Of a stretch of 64,000 bases of DNA, positions 12,513 to 24,550 are shown piece by piece. A program made the position numbers and the translations under genes. The notes beneath the pieces were generated by a model, which saw nothing but the letters and a program-made list of their open reading frames with translations, was not told where the DNA came from and did no database searches. The stretch lies in the NCBI RefSeq assembly GCF_018977255.1, contig NW_024704742.1, positions 92,258,001 to 92,322,000 on the forward strand. Direction: 5' to 3'. Numbering within the stretch: the stretch's first letter is position 1; each line of letters begins with the position of its first letter. The stretch comes from Callorhinchus milii. Lineage: Eukaryota.

Positions 12513-15500
12513 TATTGCAAGGATTATAACACAAGGATTATTATTATTATAGGTAATTACTGTCAGTGGAATGACTATTTTTGAAGGCAAACTCCATAGT
12601 TATTGTCACAAAGAGCCATGAGTTGAATGACCGATTTACCTGGAGGATCAGGACAACATACTGGCAGAAACTTCCTTTTCTAATTATAATTGTAATAATA
12701 ATCGTTGCATTTAACATGGCACTTTATCACATTATCGAGATGTCTCAAAGCACTTCACAGGATTTTACTGTAAGTTTAATGTATTATGCCGTGGTATCTT
12801 AATATCCCCTTGAAGTAAGAGACTGTCTCTTGGTTCATCTCATCCTAAGGATGGCGCCTCTGGCAGTGTTACACTAGTATGTCAGCCTACACTATTAGCT
12901 GAAATGTCAACTTAAGCCTTGAACCTTCAGACCCAGACCACACGAGCGCTACCAACTGAACCAAGCTGCAGGATAATTTGCATGAAAACAATTCTCACTG
13001 ACTTATTGCTTCCCTCCTTGAATCAGGGCAATTAACCCAGTTCTACTCAGTCTTTAGTTATCTTACTCAATGTGTCGGGAATCGCAAATGCCCTAACTTA
13101 TGTCTGTGATACAACTCAATCCAAATAAAGGGTTTGTTAATAAGCTTCTTTATTTATCAATCCAAACACTTATAAGTCCACCACTCTGAATCACACACTT
13201 TGGCCCACTCCCAGTGTCCTCTTGTACTTCCTGCCCTTCTGCTTATGGGCCCTTTTGTTAATTATCAATTTACTCTTAAAGGAGTACCCTAACACTGTCC
13301 TACTGTACTGCAGCGCAGGCTGATTGTACGTGAATGCACAGCAACACTTAATAATTTCACTTCTATCCGTAACCTCTGGGAATGTTTTCTTGAAATGCTC
13401 AACAAATTGCCAATGCAGAAATTATTCAACTATGCGACTGTTATCTGTTTTTTTTCCAAGATGATTTCTTCGACTTGATTACATCTCAAAGATTCAGTGT
13501 AAATAGTGCCTCAGTGAGTGTCATGTCTTTGAGAAGGCGGTTTTATACAGTGTCTTTGTTTGCAAGGAAACCATAAATAATGGAGGGGATTTATGACACT
13601 TCATGATAGATTCAACGTGGTATCACTAAATGTGTGTTATATTTAGGGTTTTTTCCCCCTGTATTTCAGGGTGTCATGGTGAGCAGAAAGTTTGCAGCGC
13701 TTTACTGCTGCTGATAGTGCCAATGGTTTACTGTATTGCTACAGTAATAGTGCAAAAATACAGGGTTTTGTTTGGTTTTAGTTTAGAGGGAAATAAGTTA
13801 TTGAATTTTTAAAAAAATTGTAATAAATGGTGCAATCTTTCACTTTGAGAAATAATGTAACTCTAAAACAGCAATCGTATTAGGAAGAAGTGTAAATAAT
13901 ATATTCAGCAACAATAGGAATGTCTGGTAAAAAATGTCTGCTTTTTTTTATTTCTATTCACCCCTTCCCCCTCTCCATTCATACTTTCCCCTGTGCTGTG
14001 AGGTTCTGAACTCAGCAATCTGCTGACGGTGCCAAATGGAGAAGAGATGTTTCACTATAGGAAACAAAGGAAAATTGAAGAATATCTGGTCTGATCTGAT
14101 GTGTATTTCAATAATCAGAGTATCATTGGCAGAGGGCTGTCTGTCTTGCCACTCACTCAAATTGAAAAGGCGGCAACATAAAAATAATAATAATAATCTT
14201 TGCATTTGATAAAGCGCATAATCACTCCATTGAGATATCTCAAAGCTCTTCACAGGATATAATGTAAAGTGGATTGACTGTGTATTTTGTGGGCGAAACG
14301 CGAAAGCCAGTTGCGTACAGCAATGTTCCACAAACAGCCATGGAGTGAGTGGCCAAATTTTAACGCATTGGATGAAGAGGAAATAAAAAGGGGAGAGAAT
14401 AAAGTAAGATTTTAAAAAAAACTTGCATTTATATAGCCCTTCACACAGAGTGGCATTTCTGAGCTCTTTAAAAAAAATGTTGGAACTAAATCAGACATCT
14501 TTGACTTGTTTTTCTTTATTCATTTACAACATTTATTATTATACGGTTACAAATAACTGTGCATATTGTAGCAAAATATTATATTGCTAGATAACAGATT
14601 TAGTTCCAAGCACCTCACACCATGGTGCTTTGGCATTATTGATTGAAAGCATTCAGTAATAAATACATTAAATTCAGAACTGGGTTGGTTTAAAACACCC
14701 ACATATCATTCTACAATCATCTTTTATTAAATAAATCTGGTTTAAAATAAAAATGAACCACTGGCAAATAATATAACTTTAAAACTCTTTGGATAGTTCA
14801 ACACAATAAAGTTTTTTTGCCAAAATATTATATCAGTATAATTTAAGTTAATTTAATAAAATTAATATAGGTTTAAGAAAAAAATGCAAACAAAAATGTA
14901 TTGTCAAATGGTCAGAATATTTACAGAACAAAGTCCATATACAGTAAGATCATTCTTCTGGTCTTACCTTGCAAAGTTTAAATCAAACTGTAACTCATTT
15001 TGATCACCAGCACAGATCAGTTGGTCACACACATATTGTGAAATACTAATTCTATGGAACAGAAGCTCTGCCTCTGTAAAGCCTTTGCACACAAACCACG
15101 GTCTCACTTTCTCCACGACATACCATATGACAAGGTCGGATTTAGCAGTTATACCTGTTCGTTAAAAAATACATTTAGTTTACATTAATACCCTTCCTTT
15201 GAAACACAATATTGTAAAATATTTTTTACACGTCTTACAGCATAGTAAAGATTAACAGATCCAGGTATTATTATAATTGTAACCACAGAATGCATTACAC
15301 ACACACATATGCAGAATGAAATACTACTGTTACAAGCTGTTGTAGAAAATTCTCCAGTTCCCAAGATACCTTCACTATAGTCTCCTAGAGGAGCTCAGAC
15401 CTCAGTCAGGACAACTATCTAGATATTCCCTGCTAGTTTCTAGTAACGAACTTTGATAGCTTTGAACTGAAATGATGGCCACGGCTGTTGGATAAGAGAA

Positions 15501-15864
15501 ACATTTCTTGCACTATTTTGCCTACTAATCTATATCAGTGCCTATTTCACAAGAGATAGGAATTCAAAGTGTGCAACGTTACGTGGAAACGGTCGCCCAG
15601 AAAAATAGTCACATGAGCGGTTGGGATGAAGAGGACCCTTCGGCCTTTTCAATCTCATCGTTTCAGAAGATTTACCTTCCCATCATACCATCAGCTGTGG
15701 TTTTAATGAGTCCAGGTGTAATGAGAAAACACTGGCTACAATGTTTAAGATAGTAAACTGTTGCCCTCTTTGAGTGACAGAAAAATTTTCAATAGTAATT
15801 TTATCCTCTGCTTAATTGTGTGCAAATGCAGCTCTCAACTGCATCTCTACACTGAGTAATAAAG

Positions 15865-15972
15865 GTACGGGGATAAGGTGGGGCAGTGAGATTGGATTGA
15901 TCTCATTGCTCCGTGAGCCGGTGTGGACTCGATGGGCCGAATGACCTCCTTGTGGGTAGTTGATTTCTATGT
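15865..15972 (+). mobile_element. CR1 3' UTR fragment within the probable TAL2 3' UTR
   Basis: ggtacggggataaggtggggcagtg...gactcgatgggccgaatgacctcct...tttctatg is a CR1-type 3' end. Confidence 0.7.
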
Positions 15973-16318
15973 TGCTAAGCAGCACAGCCCCACATCAGAA
16001 ATAAGATGTCGGGCTTACTGCCAACCATGCTCTATGTTGTGCTCTTTCCGCTAAAGCTTTGCAGAAATCAAAATGTTAGGGCGACTCAATGTTTCACTCG
16101 GGCCAGTAAAAGAGACTAAGCGGAGGAATAGCCACACACACACACATACACACATAGGGGTATGACTCTGTACGGAGACACGTGCTCACGTTTAACCCAG
16201 GGCACAAACTATAAAACGTGTAAGTTTTTGAACAAAGCAAACTGATTGAGATATATGATGGTTGGGGCCACGGTGTTATCAGCTGATTCTGAATGTTCCT
16301 CGAATGAGCTGCCGGGGC

Positions 16319-16651
16319 TCACCGACCCCTCGATACAGCCACTGCAGCCTGAAGCTGGCGATGGAGCATTGCTGTCACCCACTGGTGTCCTCTCGCTTGT
16401 GGACTGCAGACGACAGTTTCTGGGAAAGATCCAGATTTGCTGAAGTCTGCTGTCTCTTGGTCTATGCCCTGATCTTTAAGCAGCTTGACTAGAAAGTCGA
16501 TATATTTCATCGCCAACCGAAGGATTTCGTTTTTGCTCAGCTTCTTGTCTGGAGGGTGGGTCGGGACAAGTTTTCTCAGCTCAGCAAAGGCGCTGTTTAC
16601 GTTCTGCTGCCTCCACCTCTCTCTGGTGTTTGTAAAGACCTTTCTGGTCAT
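16319..16651 (-). CDS. TAL2: T-cell acute lymphocytic leukemia protein 2 (class II bHLH); 110 aa as assembled, with a probable frameshift in the tail
   Basis: [58 protein letters not shown] closely matches human TAL2; same strand and downstream of FKTN as in human 9q31; splice acceptor ttttgccacattacag 14 nt upstream of the ATG (exon starts at 16665). Confidence 0.95.
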   Translation of the reverse strand: MTRKVFTNTRERWRQQNVNSAFAELRKLVPTHPPDKKLSKNEILRLAMKYIDFLVKLLKDQGIDQETADFSKSGSFPETVVCSPQARGHQWVTAMLHRQLQAAVAVSRGR

Positions 16652-18606
16652 CTTCTGTGGTATCCCTGTAATGTGGCAAAACACGAACAATCTAAGCTCA
16701 GGTCATTTCAGGACTTTACCTATTATGTGATTACAACCCATTCTCTCTTTTTCTCAGGTATCTAGTGTTTCAGATTAAGTCAGCTTCCAGTTTTTGTTTG
16801 CTGAAGCATTTCAGCATTTTGTGGCAGAAGGAACAATGGTAATAATTAAGGATTGTGGTATTTTTTTGAATGCATTTTGTTGTATATTATGTCATAATAT
16901 TATTATATTTTATATGTAAAAAAATGCTTTTTAACAAATGACTAGTTTTGCTTACTGTAACCTAGTGATCTTGTTTATTGATCAATGGACAATACTCCCC
17001 AACAGAGATCTGCTCTGTAAGAATACATTTTACAGATATTAGCTGAATTATTAAAGAGCCTTTTTTTTACAATTCTCTTTATCACTGTAGACATTCCGAG
17101 ATAACTGTTTACAGGTGCTTAAGGTTTCTGAAGGTGACGATTTGCTTGCTAATCTCTGTCCTCTGTTCTAGTAGGGAGTCTGGTAAGATCAACCACTGTA
17201 ACTATTATAACTTATCTGATGTTTATATCCCCCTCCCCGCTCAAAAATATCACTTATATTTAATGGATGTCTCTGAAGACGGAGTCTATGATTGTATAAT
17301 GTTCAAAATCAACAAAATCAATCTATTTTTTTTCAAAAAACTAAAATGCTGTATATATAAATATTTATTTATGAAAAAAATTGAAAATGTTCAATCAATC
17401 CCAAAACTGACAGTGCATTGAAAGAAAATGTCATTGTTGAAAATTCCAGTTGAAAATTGTATGACAGAAGTATTTGCGATGGCAACCTTTGACACTTGCA
17501 GAATGTGAGGCTGTATCTATTTATACATCTATTTATTTATAATAATAATCTTATAATAATAATCCTTACATTTGATGTAGATCCTTATCACATTGTTGAG
17601 ACGTCTCAAAGTGCTTCACAGAATATACCTTAAAGTGAATTGACTGTATATATTGAGGGCGAAATGTATATATGCAACTGCCGTGTTTTGCCCACAAAAT
17701 AGTCAATCCACTTTACAGTGTTTTCTGTGAAGCGTTTTGAGACTCTTAATGATGTGATAAGACCCTATATCAAATGCAAGGATTAGTATCATTATTATCT
17801 GGTGCACTAACCATTATTTATTCCTCTGTCTGAGACATGTATGATACAGGAGCATGGAATAATTACACTTAGAATAAGGAAATGTGTTGGATAAGTTACT
17901 GTTGGTTTGAGGGGACAGCCATGACATCAGGAAGTGATTCTCAGCATCTCTAATACATTCCCTGAAGCATTGTTGTTTTGTGCAATCATGAACAGAACCA
18001 AATTCATTCCCTCCACGACTTCATTTGTGGAAGCATTTCAGGGTGAGTAGATCGCACAGGTGATGAGCCGGTGGGTAGTTAAAGGTAACAGAGATGCAAC
18101 ATCACAATGTAATAGACAACTGAGAGTCTCATAATGGGAAAAAAATCAGTATTCTTGCAATAAGATCTTTACGGCAATAAAATGATCAGAAAATACAGTG
18201 GTGTGCTGTACCTTGCATATACTGTCACCATCAAATACATCAAGATTGAATATAACAATGTCCCGACCACAGAATGGTGGTGTAAGTTTAAACAGTTAAT
18301 GGTACGACAAGATAATTAACCCAAAATTATCCTGACTGCATCATTTGATTACTTATTTAATCGAAAAATAAATAATCCAGAGCAAGAAAAATTGGCATTT
18401 TTTGTCTTAAAAAAAATCTTGGCCATAGGCAAGACAAAAGAGAAGAAACCAAGTTATAGGGACCTATCTGGTAAGGTATGATATTACTGCGTTTACACTT
18501 ATGCTGAACACTCATGGGGTCCACATTCCTACCCTATACCCTATACTTGCAATGCATTTTGTCGATATTAACAAAATTACCATCTGAATTCAAAATGATC
18601 CCTTAC

Positions 18607-18755
18607 CTGTTTCACGAAAGTGCTGGGACGTCAACGGTTTGTATCAGGAATATGCGTGAAGGGAGGAGAAGCCACTGAAAGGTCCGAGTCTGTGAGCTGT
18701 ATGGTTTTTGTGAGCTGCTAAGACCGAGATACCCAGATCCTCTGCAGATTCGTGC
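18607..18755 (-). other. TAL2: Probable non-coding first exon of TAL2
   Basis: Strong donor CAG|GTAAGG at 18607/18606, no ATG in the segment, TATAAA upstream; 5' end estimated from TATA spacing. Confidence 0.6.
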
Positions 18756-18779
18756 TATGGGTTTGAGGGGGTTCCTGTC

Positions 18780-18820
18780 ATTTATAGTGTGGCTGTGCCT
18801 TTGTTTGACGTGTGTCACTA
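18780..18820 (-). promoter_or_regulatory. Candidate TAL2 core promoter (TATA box, SOX-like AACAAAG, CRE half-site)
   Basis: Minus strand reads gtgacacacgtcaaacaaaggcacagccacacTATAAAtgac, with TATAAA at 18786-18781. Confidence 0.55.
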
Positions 18821-20399
18821 CTTTGTGCTACAAGTGAATTTATTTCTGTCTCCTTGGAGACTCCTGGTACAATGCTTCAGGCACCCTTCCCATTCTTTGA
18901 CATCTTGTTCCTTCTATTAAAAAGCACGGTGTCCCATTTTCATCACATCTACTTCAGTGTGTGTCATTTAGCCTGAAAAGGCGAGTGATATTTTTGAAGT
19001 ATTTTTAAAAGAAGAGGACAAGCTATTTGAATAACATTATCCTGTGTTTCGATGTATTTAAAATATTCCCACATTTATAGCATCAGAGAAGAGAAATTTA
19101 GAAGACTAAACATGTATTGTGGGTCTGTTTTATTTTTATTTAATTTTATGGTCCTGGAATTTAACCCCCGAATGGGGCTATAGAAATGACTGAGCATTTT
19201 GTGAGGCTTCAAGCTTCTTGCGCATCGACTTCATAATGTGCAGTGAAAATAATGGAATGGTTATAGAAAAACATGCTTTTGATTTCATTCTGATAAAATA
19301 ATACACTGCGGATGAGAATCATTGCACAAAAGTGAAAATGTTAACCTGTAAGTTAATACGCTTAACATGTTATTTAGTTGATGAGAACAGAACAAGCAGA
19401 AACCAGTGCTGGCAGAGTTAAGGAGAAATATGTTGCAATTTGTTTTAGGTGTACATAATAAATCAAAATTCACCTCCATTTTCTGTGTATACTGACATTG
19501 TTTATAATTTATGCTGTTATTATTTTTTTCCCCTCAAGTGCTTTGTTTCAAAGTGACAGACTCGCTATGGTGTTTCACTTTGTGGAGTATGAATTTACAT
19601 AATCCGATTACAGGGATTATCATGTGTCTGCAAAACTGCCCCAATGGGTTTGAGTAAAAATCCTTACTATTCATTGCACTCTCTGCCCTGCAAAGGACTG
19701 CACCTGCAATTCTGGCTGACACTCTTTCAGGACTCTAGTAGGATCTAAAATTTACAAAAACTGCTTCATGTATGCATCGCCTTTAATTGATCCATCTGGA
19801 TTAATCTTGAGGAGACTGAAAACGAACGTTTGGATGCTCAGTATTATCTAAAGGGTCATCGGATTCTTAAAAGGGCTAACTTGCATCGTTCCTCAGTATT
19901 TTCCATTCTGATGGTTTGTATTGTCTAACACCAACTCAGCGGCCACAACAGTGCTGAGAGGAATCATTTTGGCTCATTCAGTTTACTTTACTTTTAAAGT
20001 TTCAGAGGTAAATGACTTCAATCAGGCAGCAGGTCGGTTCTCACAATAAATCTAGTTTAAAGGCACAGTGTGAGGGCTCAAACTCTAATTAATCCTTCCA
20101 GCACATTGCAGAGGGCAAATTAGCTTAGACAAATGTTTACATTTTCTGAGGAATTGCCTCCATTGAGTCTTAAATGACTAATTATTAGTAAACTATCTTT
20201 ATTTGTTTGCTGACAATGGGAAAAGTGCCACTTTATATAAAAAATACATACGATTACTTTAAACGTCAGAGAAAATAACCGGTAAGACGAACGAATGCGA
20301 GTTATTTTTTTCACATAAACACTTGGAGTTGTGCAGTTTGCAGCCATTGTGAGACAAGACCTTTGATATTCCATTCAGAGTGGAGAGGGGATCATTCCA

Positions 20400-20530
20400 G
20401 TAAGCTGGCCACTGCAGATAAGACTTTTACAGGCTCTGGAAGGACATGATAAGGAAAGCTGCAATTATTAATCAAGGATTAATTGTTAAGCAGTCAGTAA
20501 AAAGATATAGTGGAAGGTTTATCTGTTCAA
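20400..20530. promoter_or_regulatory. Candidate TAL2 enhancer with two CTG-N8-WGATAA composite sites, an OTX-type GGATTA and a third GATA site
   Basis: ctg-gccactgc-agataa (20405-20421), ctg-gaaggaca-tgataa (20436-20452), ggatta (20476-20481), ttatct (20519-20524). Confidence 0.5.
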
Positions 20531-21589
20531 CTGCAAGACTTTAACTGTTTTGCATTCTAAAACAGATACAACATTGATTTAGTGCTTTTACATGCACATA
20601 ACAGTATTCACAGCTCAGAGGCGAGATGAATTTGGCACCACTCCTAGCGATAATGTGACGCTGTTCAAGCCTCCATCATCTGTAAATGTGGAGCTGAAAA
20701 ACAAAATGAACAAAAGATTGAAACTGCATTTGGGTTTTGATTTGCACTACATTTATTAATTAATGTTATTATTTTGTAGTTGGATTTAGAAGTTTTGGTT
20801 CAGTAGTTCATCGTTTTTTTACACCCAAATAATTCTTAACGCAATGTAGGTCAAAATTTTTTTAATTAAAAATTCAAAGAAAAAATCCTTGCTGGATGCA
20901 GGAATCTTATTTTTCCCCTTGCTCTCTTTACTTCATTTGGAGAATCGGCAAGAGCTGACAAGCTGGGTACCATGCAATCATTCCTATTCACTTCAATTTG
21001 TCCACACAGTCTCACAGAAAGACAGTGATCTCTTTGAAAAATTGATTGCAAGCAAACAATGAAGCTGATCACTCAATCCTGGTTATGATCTGAAACAATG
21101 CAGGTGATATAAAAAAGATTAATGACCATTGGGTAATGCTGCAAAGTAGCAGAATTCTGTGTTGTAGGAAGGAATTGGACTGAATCTGGTGTTGATAAAT
21201 AATATAATAATCCTTGCATTTGATATAGCGCCTTATCAAATCTTCGAGGCATCTCAAAGAGCTTCACAGAATATACTGTAAAGTGAATCGACTGTATATC
21301 TTGTGGGCAAAATGCGACAGCCAATTACGCAGAGCAGTGTCCCACAAACATTCATGGATTGAGTAACCAAATTATTATTATTCCTTTATTTTTTTTTGAA
21401 GGAATTATTACCCCCAGAAAAGCAATCCGCCAATCAAATAACAATAGAGTTCCTACTTACTGCTAGGTAACAGAGGCGTGTGAAGAGAACAATATCTGTA
21501 GTATGATGTCTGTGGTTTGGGGCTAGGGTTGGGGGATTCTTGACTCTGGTTGGCTTAAATAGTGGTGCAGCACAATCATTAATTATTAT

Positions 21590-22440
21590 AACAACAGCTT
21601 GCATTTATGTAACACTCTTCAAACAGGTTAGAGTCTTGGGGTGCTTAACAGTGGTGGAGCCTAAAGCTGAGCTGGGGAAGGTGAGCATAGGCACAGTTGT
21701 AGAAGAAGGTCTTCAGGCATGATCTGAAAATGGGGCAGGAGGAAGCAAAGCAGAGGGAATCAGGCAGAGTTCCAAAGTTTCGGGGCAAAGTAGCTGAATA
21801 CACGGATGCTGATGGTGAAGCAGAGGGGTTGAGGGATAAGGTAGGAAGATGCCAGGGAATGAGAGGGTTTATAAACAAGTTTGAGGATCTTGAAATCTAT
21901 CCGTTCTGTGAAAGGGAGCTAGTGGAACCTGGCAAGGACTGCTGTGATGGGGCTACAGAGTTTAGTGCGGGTGAGCAAACGGGCATACTGGATTTTGTGG
22001 ATAGGAGAGCTGAGGAGATTGGGGAGGAAGGCTTTGGAATAATTGAGGCGAGGGATGATGAAAGCTTGAATGACGGTTTTGACTGCGTCAGAGACAGCTA
22101 TTGGTGGAGGAAAGCTGTCCTGGTCAGAGATGGGATACGGGTAGGAAGGAAAGCTGGAGATCGAACCTGACGCCTGGGTTATGTACAGGTTCAGCAAATC
22201 TAAGGGATATGCCAGAGAAGTTGAGAAGGTCAGAATTGCAGGAGTGAAAACGTTGACGGGATCCAAGGAGTATGGTCTCTGGCTTGTCAACATTCAACTG
22301 CAGGAAGTTTGCGCTCACATCAGCCTTGATGTCAGACAAGCTAACAGAATATCAGTGAACCTGGAGTCGCAGCCGGAGGAGGGGAAGTATATGTGGGTGT
22401 CATCTGATTGCATGTGTAAGTTGACCCCGTGTTTGCGGAT
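21590..22440 (-). mobile_element. L2 LINE, degenerate RT C-terminus and 3' end
   Basis: ORF fragments NFLQLNVDKPETILLGSRQR, IQAFIIPRLNYS and FRSCLKTFFY. Confidence 0.85.
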
Positions 22441-22539
22441 AACAGACATGGATTGATGGACAATAATTAATTTCATTATTAATTATAAGATATCAATGAG
22501 ATGGATGAACATTCTGATTTGCTTCATTATGTACGGTTC

Positions 22540-22777
22540 GGAGTCCTGTAGCTCAGTGGTGAGAGCACTCGCTTTGCAAGCGAGAGACCTGAGTTCAATT
22601 CCAGGCAGGTCAGGGCGAAACCTTGGGCAAGTTTCCTTACTCCACACATCTAATAATAATCCCTCCACAAATATACAGTCAATTCACTTTACAGTGTGTT
22701 CTGTGAAGCGCTTTGGGACGTCCTCCCGACGTGAAAAGCGCTATATCAAATGCAAGGATTATTATTATTATTATTAT
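22540..22777 (+). mobile_element. tRNA-derived SINE, young copy with internal deletion of the Deu domain
   Basis: Intact head and (tta)n tail; taatccctcc joins directly to acaaatatacag, omitting the central segment seen in the other copies. Confidence 0.9.
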
Positions 22778-23399
22778 AATGTGGAAGTATCTGTACAGAT
22801 CTTTTCTCCAAGAGATGGAGTGAGTCGTGTGAAGTCTTTGATAGGTTTGGTCATCCACTGGAGCTAACTACTCGAATATCAAGTGCGCGACATGCTGCTC
22901 TGTCATATTTATGACAACATACAATTTGTTATTAAGAACTAGAATTCATATAATGCCTTTCACATAGGATAATGTCTCAAGTTACTTCACAGAGAAAGTG
23001 GTGAAATCCAAACATGGTAGTAAGAGGGAGGTGCCAAAAAGGATGGTCAAACAGGCTGGTTTTTCGAATGGGTTATAAGATAGGGTACAGGATGAATGTT
23101 ATCCTTGCCTTGCTGCAGACCGGCTGGAGGTGTTGGGGAAGGAGCTGAAAACTGTTTGGTGAACAATCCCACTCCTGACTTTATGGTAAAGGGGTGTCAT
23201 TTAATACAATATTGCTGGATCAATTGAAATTTCAAGATTCAGGTGGATACATTTTTGGATATATTTTTGTTAGGTAACAGTATCAAAGGATATGGACAAA
23301 GGCGGGTAAATGGAGTTAAGGTACAGATCAGCCATGGTCTAATATTCCTATTGCTGTGCTCCCTATGTTAACTGAAGATGGTTGTTCCAAGGACACTGA

Positions 23400-23770
23400 C
23401 TGAGGAACTCCTGCAACGATGTGCTGGGGATATGATGATTGTCCTCCAACAATCAACAACATATTTTACTGTGTGAAAGGTATGAACCAGCCACTGAAGC
23501 TTTTATCTCTGAGTTCCATTGACCTAATACTCCATGGTGCCAGATTTGGTCACACATTGCTTGGATGTCGAGGGCAGTTACTTTCTCCACTGCTGTGGTG
23601 TTGGGTTCCTGCACCCATGTCTGGGTGATGAGGGATGTGATGAGATCTGGTGTTGAATAGTTCTGACAGAACCTGAACTGAGCATCTGTGAGCAGGTCAT
23701 CAGCTAATAAGTGCTTCTTGATGGCACTACTGACGACTCCTTCAGTCACTTTGCTGATGATTGGGTGGTG
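23400..23770 (-). mobile_element. Non-LTR retrotransposon RT fragment
   Basis: ORF 23453..23749: EGVVSSAIKKHL, LLTDAQFRF, ALDIQAMCDQIWHHG are degenerate RT motifs. Confidence 0.8.
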
Positions 23771-24094
23771 GCTTTTAAGACAGTATATTAATACTTACAT
23801 TTAGAAATGTAGATTATGGGCATAAAACACAGACACTTTTCGACAAAACCCAGACTCAGAAATGACATTAAGTAGGCAGCATAGAATGACAATTTTTTTT
23901 CCTAATGTAAAACCTTCTCTATGAGTTTGCAGAATATACAGTACAAATGCACGTGTGCAGGTTGGACGGACTAGTCTAGGGCAGGTTTATTGTGGGATAC
24001 ATAGCTGCAGAATGTCTTCAGCACCGTAATATGAAAATTGTAATCCTTCCCCATCTTTATGTCTATCTGTAGCAGAGGTCTATAAACATATAAT

Positions 24095-24550
24095 AAATAA
24101 TTATTGCATTTGATACAGTGCCTTATCACATCATCGAGCCATTTCAAAACACCACAGGATTTACTGTAAATAATAATAATAATAATAATAAAGTGGAGTG
24201 ACTGTGTATTTGTAGGTGAACATGGCAGCTCAAGTGCATAGCAATTTCCCACAAACAGCCGTTGAGTGAATGGCCACTGCCTTTGGGGGATTGTTGGCTA
24301 GGCCACTGGGAGAATCTCCCTTCTCTTTTTGAATAGTGCCACAGGATCTTTAATGTCCACATGAATAGGTAGATAGGATCTCAGCGTTGCACCTCATCCA
24401 CGGGATGGCATCTCTGATAATGTAGCACTCCCCCACCACTGCACTGGAATGTCAGCCAAGACTGTGTGAGTTCAAAGTCCCAACGTGGGGCTTGAACCCA
24501 AAACCTTCTGACTCAGACCGAGAAGCTACTAACTGAGCTGGGCTAGCACT
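24095..24550 (-). mobile_element. Older DeuSINE (SacSINE1-like)
   Basis: tRNA-like head (cttgaacc, aactgagct on the + strand), Deu-like core (tttgaatagtgcca...gtccacatgaa) and L2-like tail; similar copies at ~48240-48540, ~59150-59545 and ~60020-60310. Confidence 0.75.

Noticed and set aside
17110..17180. Possible upstream coding exon of TAL2
   Set aside because: An acceptor-like site exists, but all frames hit stops or lack a phase-compatible strong donor and show no TAL-family similarity.
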